Assembly (NCBI GenBank): GCA_048882045.1
Contig: JBHLRZ010000041.1
Location: forward strand, 1 to 23,754
Direction of reading: 5' to 3'
Origin: Candidatus Thorarchaeota archaeon
GTDB lineage: Archaea > Asgardarchaeota > Thorarchaeia > Thorarchaeales > Thorarchaeaceae
Length of the DNA stretch: 23,754 bases
The notes under the pieces are model-generated. The model had not been told where the DNA came from, searched no databases, and was given only the letters and a program-made list of their open reading frames with translations. Below, piece after piece: positions 1 to 8,457 of this stretch (within the stretch, counting starts at the first letter, position 1; each line of letters begins with the position of its first letter). The position numbers and the translations under genes were made by a program.

Positions 1-6
1 CCAAAT

Positions 7-816
7 CTATTTCATGTTTGTCTTCGCAGCTAGTTTGTCTACAACCGCAGAAAATGCCTTAGCAGCTTTTGAATCAGGGTCTGAAATAACAAATGGAGTA
101 CCTTCATCACTCAATGTGATGATTCTCGGATCCAAGGGAAGAGTACCGAGATGGTCGACTTTGTACTCCTCCGATGCTTTCTTCGCAGCTCCTTCTCCAA
201 ATAGTTTGTAGGACTCTCCACATTTCGGACACACAAATTCTGACATATTCTCAACAATCCCCAATATACGAACTCCCATCTTCTCTACAAGCTGGATTGC
301 TCTGCGAGCGTCAAGTACTGCAACCTCTTGGGGTGTCGAAACGATTACTACTCCATCAATTCCAGGAATCAATTGAAGAATACTTAGTATCTCATCTCCT
401 GTTCCAGGAGGAAGGTCTACAACTAACACTTCAAGGTCTCCCCAGCAAACACCTGACAAGAACTGGCTTATTGCCTTCGCTACCAACGGTCCTCTCCAAG
501 CAACTGCATCATCATCTTTTTGAAGGAGAAATCCCATGCTCATTACTCGAATATCTAGTGGACCCAAAATTGGTTTGATGACTTCTTGCTCCACCGTCGG
601 ATGTTGACCTTCCAGTCCCAATAGCTTTGGTACATTCGGACCATAGATATCTACATCGAGGATACCCGCAGTTTTTCCCCGTTTTGCGAATGATACAGTG
701 AGGTTTGTAGCTACAGTTGTCTTGCCAACACCGCCTTTTCCCGACAGAACAACAATCTTGTGTTTCACACCTTTCATATTCTCTATAATCTCAGGCGGTA
801 ATTGAGGTCTGGACAT
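7..816 (-). CDS. mrp: Mrp/NBP35 (ApbC) family Fe-S cluster carrier ATPase
   Basis: Deviant Walker A GKGGVGKTT, DVDIYGPN, WRGP, DLPPGTGD, GIVENMS and CPKC (CxxC) motifs. Confidence 0.95.
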   Translation of the reverse strand: MSRPQLPPEIIENMKGVKHKIVVLSGKGGVGKTTVATNLTVSFAKRGKTAGILDVDIYGPNVPKLLGLEGQHPTVEQEVIKPILGPLDIRVMSMGFLLQKDDDAVAWRGPLVAKAISQFLSGVCWGDLEVLVVDLPPGTGDEILSILQLIPGIDGVVIVSTPQEVAVLDARRAIQLVEKMGVRILGIVENMSEFVCPKCGESYKLFGEGAAKKASEEYKVDHLGTLPLDPRIITLSDEGTPFVISDPDSKAAKAFSAVVDKLAAKTNMK

Positions 817-879
817 TACTATCAGTTTCAGTCGCGTTCAGAATCATTATTCAATATTCCTGTATGGAGATAATTTTAG

Positions 880-1698
880 CTAACTCTGGAAGATAGCTAA
901 GATTTGTCTTGCAAGTGTTTCATTTGACGCTGCTACAATGTTCATCATCAAGTCAGGTTTCAAAGGACTACAGTATCGTGTCCCATCAATATCAAGTACA
1001 TACCCTCCAGCTTCAAACACCATATGCGTTCCGCTGAGATGAATAATTGGGAGCATATCTCTTAGATCTACCAAGCCATCGAGGAATCCTGCCGCTGTCC
1101 AACAAAGGTCAAGAAGATTGCTTGCAGTTCTTCTGATATCATGGAGCGATTTGATTGCTTTGAGAGACCTATCCATATACACACTGTCCCAAGTCTTCTT
1201 TGTGTCGTATGAAACGATTGCCTTTTCGAGCTCGACAGGAGGACGGACTTTCACGCTTTTGTTATTCCTGGATACCCCTTTTCCAGTGATTGCGACATAT
1301 GTTTCCTCAGTGAAAACTGAATCAATCACGCTTATTTCTACATCATCTGTGGTCATTTTGTCTTTATACGGAACTATTGAGATTCCAATCGTAACCAAGG
1401 GTATTCCACGTTCTATGTTTGCTGATCCATCGATAGGATCAACGATTGCTAGATACTCTGGTGTTTGGTCACTCTCTACAAATCCCTTCTCTTCAGTGAG
1501 AATTGCGAAGTCGATGCTTGAGCTCTGGAGGATTGAAAGTATCTCCTCCTCCGCCATCATGTCCAGTAGGAGGGTCTTGTCCCCATAAGGATTGACAGAA
1601 CCTGTCTGCTCTGATGACTGTTCAAGGTTCTCCAAGATGCACCTCTTTGCTGCTGAAATTGCTGTATGGATTGTCTTCAAAGCAGTCATTGTGTCCAC
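880..1698 (-). CDS. Inositol monophosphatase / archaeal FBPase family protein
   Basis: GDxT..D..AE, TEE, DPIDGS and EAGG motifs. GTG start. Confidence 0.88.
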   Translation of the reverse strand: MDTMTALKTIHTAISAAKRCILENLEQSSEQTGSVNPYGDKTLLLDMMAEEEILSILQSSSIDFAILTEEKGFVESDQTPEYLAIVDPIDGSANIERGIPLVTIGISIVPYKDKMTTDDVEISVIDSVFTEETYVAITGKGVSRNNKSVKVRPPVELEKAIVSYDTKKTWDSVYMDRSLKAIKSLHDIRRTASNLLDLCWTAAGFLDGLVDLRDMLPIIHLSGTHMVFEAGGYVLDIDGTRYCSPLKPDLMMNIVAASNETLARQILAIFQS

Positions 1699-1805
1699 TA
1701 ACTTTGCTGAAACTTAATTCTCTATATCACTCGTCCGGTAGTTGTACAATACCTTAAATGCGTCAGTTTACGAGTAGAGGTGTAAGGCCAAAACTGGTGT
1801 ATGAA

Positions 1806-2471
1806 ATGGGATTCCTGAGCGGTAAGAAGAAAGTAGACACGGAACGTGGGATCCTTGAGATGAAGGGCACCATGAACGCCCTGACACTGAGGATGCGAAG
1901 ACTTGAAACTAGGATGACTGAGGAACAGAAGTCAGCGAAAGATGCAATGGCTCAGGGTAATCGCTCACAAGCAAGGTCTCACCTGACGATTGTCGTTGAT
2001 CTTGAGAATCGGAAGTCTCGATATCAACAGCAGTTTCTTACCCTTGAAACTGCCCTTCTAAATCTGGAAGAAGCCAAGACCCAAGCAGAGGTTCTCCGCG
2101 CGTTCACCATTGCAAATGATGCCCTGACAGAAGCTCGATCAATGCTCCGGCCAGAGGAAATCCAAACCCAACTGGATAAACTATCCGAATCATTCGAGTC
2201 AATCTCAATCGCTGGTGAACTCCTCTCAGAAGACCTTTCTGGTGCTGATACTACAGTCGAGAGTGAGGAACGAATAGATCGACAGCTCGAAGCCATGGAA
2301 GCTGAAGTTCTTCTCGAAAAAGAGGGTGTCCTCCCTCCACTGGAAACTGCAGGCCCCTCGAAGACCAAGGAGAAATCATCTGGCGCTTCCGAAGAGAAAC
2401 GAATCGATGAACTTCTTGAAGACTTGGAGCGTGAAGCTCGAGAAGAGCGAGAACGAGAAGCTGAAAAGTAA
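1806..2471 (+). CDS. ESCRT-III / Snf7 family protein (Vps20/32/60-like)
   Basis: All-helical with basic N-terminal half and acidic C-terminal half. Snf7-like segments LE.A..Q.EVL.A...AN.AL and EE.ID..LE.ME.E, Pro-containing linker, C-terminal helix. ATG 1806 (MGFLSGKKK) is preferred over 1758. Confidence 0.85.
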   Translation: MGFLSGKKKVDTERGILEMKGTMNALTLRMRRLETRMTEEQKSAKDAMAQGNRSQARSHLTIVVDLENRKSRYQQQFLTLETALLNLEEAKTQAEVLRAFTIANDALTEARSMLRPEEIQTQLDKLSESFESISIAGELLSEDLSGADTTVESEERIDRQLEAMEAEVLLEKEGVLPPLETAGPSKTKEKSSGASEEKRIDELLEDLEREAREEREREAEK

Positions 2472-2509
2472 ACTGTCTTCATTCCAACTGGTTCCAGAGG
2501 TAACTGATA

Positions 2510-3157
2510 TTGTCAATTAGACTCGTTGTATTTGATGTAGATGGCACCCTTACAAAGCACAGTAGCATTTGGTGGAGACTTCACGAGCTGTTTGGAACCA
2601 CTGTGAAGGGCAAGATATACTATGACCAGTATTTTGCTGGAGAAATCTCATATGACCAGTGGGCAGATTATGATGCAGCACTTTGGAAAGGCAAACCCGT
2701 GCAACCAGTAATAGAAACGGTTCGTGCTGCGAAGTTGGTTCCTGGTGCCTTAGAAACAATATCGATTCTAAAGGAGAACAAGATAGATTCTGCCATTCTT
2801 TCTGGTGGGCTTGATATTATGGCAGATGAAATCGGACGTCGCCTTGGGATTGACTATGTCCTAACTAATAAGCTTCACCAGAGGGATGGACTACTCACAG
2901 GAACAGTCGACAATCTTGTGGCTTGGGGCGAGAAGGCCAAGGAGATTGGAAAGATCACTGACCATTTTGGTGTGAGTTTGGACGAGACTGCCTTTGTCGG
3001 AGACGGTCGCAATGATGTCAGTGTCTTCGAAATTGTCAGACTCTCCATTGCGTTCAATCCAGAAGATCAGCAGGTTGCAGATGCTGCTGATGTTGTTGTT
3101 CGAGAGGACGACCTACGTTCAATTCTTCCACACATCATATCGGGGTTCCAGCGATGA
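2510..3157 (+). CDS. HAD-superfamily phosphoserine phosphatase-like (SerB family)
   Basis: FDVDGT motif I, SGG motif II, conserved K, GDGRND motif IV. TTG start after GAGGT SD. Confidence 0.88.
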   Translation: MSIRLVVFDVDGTLTKHSSIWWRLHELFGTTVKGKIYYDQYFAGEISYDQWADYDAALWKGKPVQPVIETVRAAKLVPGALETISILKENKIDSAILSGGLDIMADEIGRRLGIDYVLTNKLHQRDGLLTGTVDNLVAWGEKAKEIGKITDHFGVSLDETAFVGDGRNDVSVFEIVRLSIAFNPEDQQVADAADVVVREDDLRSILPHIISGFQR

Positions 3158-4307
3158 GTAACACAAATACATATGCCTGTAGTAAGATGATCATCGCTCC
3201 TTCGAAGAAGTCCAGTTTATGATCATCAGTAATAACTCGTTTCAAAAACCATAGGCTTCCAGCTATAACCATGATTTGAAACAACACATAACGATCCAAT
3301 GGTATTGGGACAAACATCCCTATACCTCCCATGACAAGAAGAACTATCTGCAGAACTCCACCCATGAGATTGCCTACCGCCAGTCCCGCTTTTCCCTTTG
3401 TTGCTGCAACAACAGCTATTCCATGCTCTGGTATTGCCCCTGCAGCTCCAAGAATCAATGCTGCAATAGCAACTTGATTCCCTAACAATCCGATTGTATC
3501 AAAATGGTCATGTAATAATGTTTCCACTGAATGTGTCAAAATCTCTCCGGCAAAGAAGATGCCAATGAATCCCATGATGGCCAAGATGGCCGCAGTCCGC
3601 TTTGAATGACTGGCCTTAGCTATGGGTTTTGATACATCATTCACAACATCTCCTGTTTTCAATGCTCCTGCATATATCAAATAAGAGAGAAACAAAACAA
3701 ATGAGGCAGCAGCTGGGAATCTCGGGTCCACTGGTGCATCAGGTGTCGCCATATCTATGACCCCTAATGCAAACATACTGAGGAGAGCAACGAAGGTCCA
3801 TTGTATCAATACTGAATCTTTCTTAATAGCTTCCTCGGGGACATCCATATCCGGCTTTCCCCTAGTGGAAATGATGATGGTGATTCCTAGAAGAAACATA
3901 TTGAAACCTGCGGCAATCAGGATTGAAAGAACTGCTATATCAAGCAGATCTTGACTTCCTGTCGCCCATCCATTGAATGCTGCGATACCACTAATGACTG
4001 CTTCCGGCATGTTACTTGCAAGGCTTGACAGCATTCCAGCAACATATGCTGTATACCCCAGGTGTCCTGCGGCACTTTCCATTCCTTCCACAGCCCACTC
4101 AGAAGGTCTGAATGCAAGCCATGTCCCACCGACCAGTCCTAATATGAGAACAAGAGTTGGTTCAATGTTATTGAATCTCAAATAGAAATAGAACATTAAA
4201 AGTCCCAAGAAAAAGACGAGTTCTTTTCTTCCAGCTACTAAGGAGTCTCGAACTCCGTGGTATTGTTCAGGATTGTCCGTAGACTTTTCGATTTGAATTT
4301 CCCCCAT
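3135..4307 (-). CDS. Ca2+/cation antiporter (CaCA, Na_Ca_ex family) membrane protein
   Basis: About 10-11 hydrophobic helices and two alpha-repeat-like motifs, SSLASNMPE and GAAGAIPE...GNLMGG. Confidence 0.8.
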   Translation of the reverse strand: MGEIQIEKSTDNPEQYHGVRDSLVAGRKELVFFLGLLMFYFYLRFNNIEPTLVLILGLVGGTWLAFRPSEWAVEGMESAAGHLGYTAYVAGMLSSLASNMPEAVISGIAAFNGWATGSQDLLDIAVLSILIAAGFNMFLLGITIIISTRGKPDMDVPEEAIKKDSVLIQWTFVALLSMFALGVIDMATPDAPVDPRFPAAASFVLFLSYLIYAGALKTGDVVNDVSKPIAKASHSKRTAAILAIMGFIGIFFAGEILTHSVETLLHDHFDTIGLLGNQVAIAALILGAAGAIPEHGIAVVAATKGKAGLAVGNLMGGVLQIVLLVMGGIGMFVPIPLDRYVLFQIMVIAGSLWFLKRVITDDHKLDFFEGAMIILLQAYVFVLLIAGTPI

Positions 4308-4364
4308 TGGGCATCTTGATTGACTTGGTAAATTCTATTCCTGAGATTTAATAATGCTGGTTTT

Positions 4365-5522
4365 CTAAGCACCACTAACGTAGCGTGCTCCACTTCCTGT
4401 ATTCAGCAGTACAACTTCTTCGTCATAGTCAATTCTACCAGAGTCCACCAGATTACTCAAGCCACATATTCCCACTGCTGCTTCTGGGCAAATGTCGAGG
4501 CCCTCTAACTTGGATGCCATTCTGCGAGTTGGTTCAATGTCCTGTTCCGCAACTGCTACAGCACCACCTGCTGATTCTCTAATTGCTTTTAGAATGAGTT
4601 TTCCAGCAAATGGACTTGGAACCCTGAGTCCAAGTGCAGAAGTTTGACCATTCACCCAAGATTCCACATTCTCCAAATCTTTCTCGATAGCTCTGACAAT
4701 GGGTGCACAGCCACCACTCTGCGCAGCGAACATCTTGGGACGTTCTTTCCCTATGAGACCAACAGCTTCCATTTCCTCAAAAGCTTTCCATATCCCGATA
4801 ATCGCTGTACCTCCTCCAGTTGGACAAATGATGGCATCAGGAACAGACCAGCCCATCTGTTCTGCAATCTCAAACCCGAGAGTCTTCTTCCCCTCAACAC
4901 GATAGGGTTCCTTCGTCGTTGAAAGATCAGTCCAGTTTCCATTCTGTCGCGTCATCTCAGCTCCAGCATCAGAGATGTTCCCTTCTACGCGCGTAGTCAC
5001 CGCACCGAACAACACACACTGTGAAAAGAATCCTAGTGGTGTATCATCTGGCATGAAGATGTGCGCTTTGAGACCTGCAGCTGCAGCGTATGCGCTAGCA
5101 GATACTGCAGCATTACCAGCTGAAGGAAGTGCAAATGATTTAGATCCCAATTCATAGTGTTTGGAGACAGCCGCGCTGAGACCCCTATCTTTGAAGCTCG
5201 TAGTTGGATTCTGTGCTTCATCTTTGATTCTTAGCATCTGAAGACCTAGGTGTTTCCCAAGTCTTCTCGAAATCAGTAATGGTGTCCATCCCTCACCAAG
5301 ACTTACAACACACGAAGGTGATCTCACAGGTAGGAGCTGTGAATATCTCCACATGCTGTTGAGATCTGTCGGAAACTCGTTTGCTGCTATGTCTTCTCTC
5401 ACACCCGCGATGTCATAACTCGCAAAAAGTGGTGTTCCGCATACACAGTATGAAGCGGGTCCATCAGCAGTATGCTTTCGTCTGCATTGAGGACATTCCA
5501 GATGTGAAATGCGAGATATCAA
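4365..5522 (-). CDS. thrC: Threonine synthase (PLP fold type II)
   Basis: N-terminal Cys cluster, LGEGWTPL, NPTTSFKDRG (PLP lysine), SAGNA, EGKKT, PTGGG, LNTG. GAGGTGAG SD upstream on the minus strand. Confidence 0.92.
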   Translation of the reverse strand: MISRISHLECPQCRRKHTADGPASYCVCGTPLFASYDIAGVREDIAANEFPTDLNSMWRYSQLLPVRSPSCVVSLGEGWTPLLISRRLGKHLGLQMLRIKDEAQNPTTSFKDRGLSAAVSKHYELGSKSFALPSAGNAAVSASAYAAAAGLKAHIFMPDDTPLGFFSQCVLFGAVTTRVEGNISDAGAEMTRQNGNWTDLSTTKEPYRVEGKKTLGFEIAEQMGWSVPDAIICPTGGGTAIIGIWKAFEEMEAVGLIGKERPKMFAAQSGGCAPIVRAIEKDLENVESWVNGQTSALGLRVPSPFAGKLILKAIRESAGGAVAVAEQDIEPTRRMASKLEGLDICPEAAVGICGLSNLVDSGRIDYDEEVVLLNTGSGARYVSGA

Positions 5523-5602
5523 GAAGACTCACCTCTATTACATACATAGATGCCCTTATTTGTACCTGTCACTGGTGTTTTTCGGAACACAGACTTGTTG
5601 GG

Positions 5603-6799
5603 ATGACGATGAGTGAGCTCAAACGTACAACACTTCCATTCACATCTCTCGTAGGAATGGAAAGGTTGAAGCTAGCTCTGATTCTCAACGGAATCAATCC
5701 TCTCATTGGAGGAGTTCTGATTTCTGGACCAAAAGGGACTGGTAAAACCACAGTTGTTCGTGCATTGGCTGATTTGTTACCAGAAGTTGACGTTGTTGAT
5801 GGTTGCAGATTCGGATGCAATCCTAATCAACATGACCTCCTCTGTTCAGAGTGCTCGGAGAAAGTTGGGTCTGGCAAGAAGCTCAAAGGACATACTAGGA
5901 AGATGCGGGTTGTCAATCTTCCTCTCTCAACAACCGAGGACAGATTGATTGGAGCTCTCGATATTGAGCGAGTTCTTAAAGACGGAATACAAGCACTACG
6001 TCCAGGGATTCTTGCTGAGGCTCATCAAAACGTGCTCTATGTAGATGAAGTAAACCTTCTTCCAGATCATCTAGTAGATGATCTTCTTGATGCTGCTGCA
6101 ACAAAGATCAACGTGATTGAAAGAGAAGGAATATCGATAGCACATCCATCGGATTTTGTACTCATTGGGACCATGAACCCTGAAGAAGGTGAACTCAGAC
6201 CTCAGCTTCTAGATAGATTCCCACTGCATGTTGCTGTTGGATCAAACCACTCAATTGAAGAACGAATGGAATTGGTTCGTCGAAATCTTGAGTTTGAAGA
6301 TGGGCCAGACGAGTTTCGTAAGGTCTGGGAGGAAGAACAGAAGAGATTGAGAGAAAAAATAATCCATGCGAAAGAACTGTTACCGAAAGTTATCCTTCCT
6401 GAGTCCAATCTAAGAGCGATTGCTATGGCCTGTGACGCACTTGAGGTTGATGGGGTTCGACCTGACATTATAATTTCAAAGGCAGCGATTACCAATGCAG
6501 CACTTGAAGGAAGAACAGAAGTTACACTCGAGGACATGAAGATGGCCTCACAATTGGCTCTGAGTCACCGAACTCGAAGAGGAGGTCTTCTGGAACCTCC
6601 AGCACCAGAGGATGTGGATCAGGCAATTACAAAAGCCGCGGAAATCGCCAAGAAGTCTGGTGCTAAGAAGTCTCCCACAGAGGTTCCTCCAGAGGAGGAT
6701 CAATCTGGTCCAAGGATCAGTGGAGGCAGATTCGGTAGAGGCAACAGATACGCAGAGTATGGAAAACAGGAAGGCAAAAAAAAACGCCGACGGGAATAA
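5603..6799 (+). CDS. Mg/Co-chelatase subunit I-like AAA+ ATPase (zero-frame product of a probable frameshifted chlD-type gene)
   Basis: PFTSLVG, Walker A GPKGTGKT, TEDRLIG.LD, Walker B YVDEVN, MNPEEGELRPQLLDRF, LSHR then a Pro/acidic linker. Start at ATG 5603 or 5609; the ORF-track start at 5381 overlaps thrC. Confidence 0.92.
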   Translation: MTMSELKRTTLPFTSLVGMERLKLALILNGINPLIGGVLISGPKGTGKTTVVRALADLLPEVDVVDGCRFGCNPNQHDLLCSECSEKVGSGKKLKGHTRKMRVVNLPLSTTEDRLIGALDIERVLKDGIQALRPGILAEAHQNVLYVDEVNLLPDHLVDDLLDAAATKINVIEREGISIAHPSDFVLIGTMNPEEGELRPQLLDRFPLHVAVGSNHSIEERMELVRRNLEFEDGPDEFRKVWEEEQKRLREKIIHAKELLPKVILPESNLRAIAMACDALEVDGVRPDIIISKAAITNAALEGRTEVTLEDMKMASQLALSHRTRRGGLLEPPAPEDVDQAITKAAEIAKKSGAKKSPTEVPPEEDQSGPRISGGRFGRGNRYAEYGKQEGKKKRRRE

Positions 6800-6814
6800 G
6801 GAATCCCCGAGGCG
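6776..6814 (+). promoter_or_regulatory. Putative -1 frameshift / transcriptional slippage cassette: A9 run followed by a GC-rich stem-loop
   Basis: A9 at 6776-6784, zero-frame stop at 6797-6799, and the -1 frame open from 6739 to 8274. CGCC 6785-88 pairs with GGCG 6811-14 and CGGG 6791-94 pairs with CCCG 6806-09. Confidence 0.7.
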
Positions 6815-8274
6815 ACCCCATAAAGGGAACCATCTGTTCTATTATAATGGTTGTAATCTTCATGTATTTTGCTTGGATATTTGCTAGTCCCATCAACTGG
6901 CTTTTTGGTCAGACAATACTCCAATTTCCCTCCCCCTTACCATTGATTATCGACACAATTGTCATTGCTCCTGTGATTTGGGTTTTCGTAAGAAAATGGC
7001 TTGAAGTCATGACTCGAAGGACTAGTGGACCAGCAGCAGGTGTTGACACGGTAGAGCCTGGCGAAGGAAAACCAGAGCCAGGTGATGAATGGGGATTAGC
7101 CACACGACCGTACACAGCAAAGAAGGAAACCAAGGTATCTGGGTCCAAGTCCGAAATACGAGAATCACCATATGACCTTGGAGAGGAGTTCTTTGTGAAA
7201 GTCCCAGACATCGATACTGGTGAAGAGCTATTCGATCTAAAGGAACTTCAAAAACGAAGTATGGTCCGTTCTCGAGTTTCCTCAGGAGGATGGATTAAGA
7301 AACGTGTGAGTTCACGTGCAGTAGGGTCTCTCAAATCATCTGACACCATGAAATATGGAAGACCGATTCGTTCTCGCATACCTCCCCGGGAAATCGGAAG
7401 TATTGATCTTCCAGCAACAGTAATAGCAGCGGTAACTCGTACAGGTAAAACCGCTGATGGGAGTATAACACTAACACAAGATGACATTAGAGAGAGTGTA
7501 TTCACGGGACGTACTCCTCTTACAGTAATTCTCGTGATAGATGTCAGTCTCTCCATGAAAGGCAGTATGAAGCAAGTCCGTGAATTCTTGGAACGCCTTG
7601 AGAGTGAAACACGGGGGTCAAAAGATCGAACTGGAATTGTAGCATTCAAAGATAGTGGAGCTGTTGAGATTCAATCACCCACAACAAACTGGAATAAAAT
7701 CTATCGAGCACTAGGACGACTTAAACTGTCGGGACTTACTCCATTGGCTGAGGCGCTCCGAAAATCTCTCGAAACAATTAGACGCGAAAGAATGAGGAAT
7801 GATGACCTTGAACCTCTCATCATACTTATTTCTGACTTCTCTCCCAACATCCCACTTTCTCATTCTGTAGGACCTGGACATGAACTGTATACTCCAATTC
7901 AAGATCTTGTTAGAACTGCTAGACTTGTAAGAAAGGCGAAAGTCCGACTGGCCGCGGTCACAGTGGACCCAGAGCAGTCCAAGTGGCCTTTATTTTTGAA
8001 GCGCCCTTATCACGAAGCTCTCGAGCTCGCAGCAATGTTGAGGGGTAGAAAGGAGGGTCTTCAAGATCCAATTGAAACCATCCTGCAAGTAGATGAATTC
8101 AGGAAGACTTTTGGAGCGTATTTGGTAGCTCGGGCATCTGGAGGACGAGCATATCTCTCAACGGAGCTCATGAAGGAGTCGTCAATCCTTGGTACTCTGC
8201 TATCCTCTAGTCGCTCAAGAGTCCGACTCAGAGAGGAGGACTTACGAGAAGTCGAAGCATACCTGCCCAAATAA
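6784..8274 (+). CDS. Two-TM + von Willebrand factor A domain ORF (ChlD-like C-terminal half), probably expressed as a -1 frameshift fusion; stand-alone ATG at 6847
   Basis: ID..AT..AA pre-VWA segment typical of ChlD, MIDAS DVSLS, GLTPLAEAL (Thr), LISD (Asp), and two hydrophobic segments at the N-terminus. Confidence 0.85.
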   Translation, partial: TPTGIRNPRGDPIKGTICSIIMVVIFMYFAWIFASPINWLFGQTILQFPSPLPLIIDTIVIAPVIWVFVRKWLEVMTRRTSGPAAGVDTVEPGEGKPEPGDEWGLATRPYTAKKETKVSGSKSEIRESPYDLGEEFFVKVPDIDTGEELFDLKELQKRSMVRSRVSSGGWIKKRVSSRAVGSLKSSDTMKYGRPIRSRIPPREIGSIDLPATVIAAVTRTGKTADGSITLTQDDIRESVFTGRTPLTVILVIDVSLSMKGSMKQVREFLERLESETRGSKDRTGIVAFKDSGAVEIQSPTTNWNKIYRALGRLKLSGLTPLAEALRKSLETIRRERMRNDDLEPLIILISDFSPNIPLSHSVGPGHELYTPIQDLVRTARLVRKAKVRLAAVTVDPEQSKWPLFLKRPYHEALELAAMLRGRKEGLQDPIETILQVDEFRKTFGAYLVARASGGRAYLSTELMKESSILGTLLSSSRSRVRLREEDLREVEAYLPK

Positions 8275-8328
8275 CAAGAGTCAGTGCCTCTCTCGATTAT
8301 GTTATTAGCACGCAGTCATTTTCAGACA

Positions 8329-8434
8329 TGCGCACCCGGTCTGAAAGATGTCTGATGTCATAGTGAGCGAGGAGAGCCCCGTAAGGGTCACTATGATTCG
8401 TCTTTTCATGCATCAGACACAGGATCGGTGCGCA
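8329..8434 (+). ncRNA. Candidate structured ncRNA or cis-regulatory leader of unknown family
   Basis: Nested perfect helices 8329-36/8427-34 (8 bp), 8349-57/8411-19 (9 bp) and 8358-66/8388-96 (9 bp), with an apical CCC-GTAA-GGG GNRA loop. Intergenic. Confidence 0.6.
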
Positions 8435-8457
8435 CCTATCATGAGGTGATTGTAGGA

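Noticed and set aside
5381-5602. N-terminal extension of the AAA+ ORF given by the ORF track
   Set aside because: It overlaps the thrC start on the opposite strand, and ChlI similarity begins only at about 5609.
6612-6887. Alternative +1-frame ORF across the A9 site
   Set aside because: It stops at 6887 and has no recognisable domain. Only the -1 frame connects to the VWA domain.
8329-8434. Identification of the structured element as 5S rRNA, SRP helix 8, glycine/TPP/cobalamin riboswitch, H/ACA RNA or SECIS
   Set aside because: Only fragments match (GCACCCGGTC, CCC-GNRA-GGG, GGAGAG, a 3' ACA). The diagnostic motifs are missing: 5S CGAAC loop, SRP CAGG/AGCA, glycine CCGAAG/CTCAGG, TPP CTGAGA, a bipartite H/ACA pocket. 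No in-frame TGA selenoprotein is adjacent.
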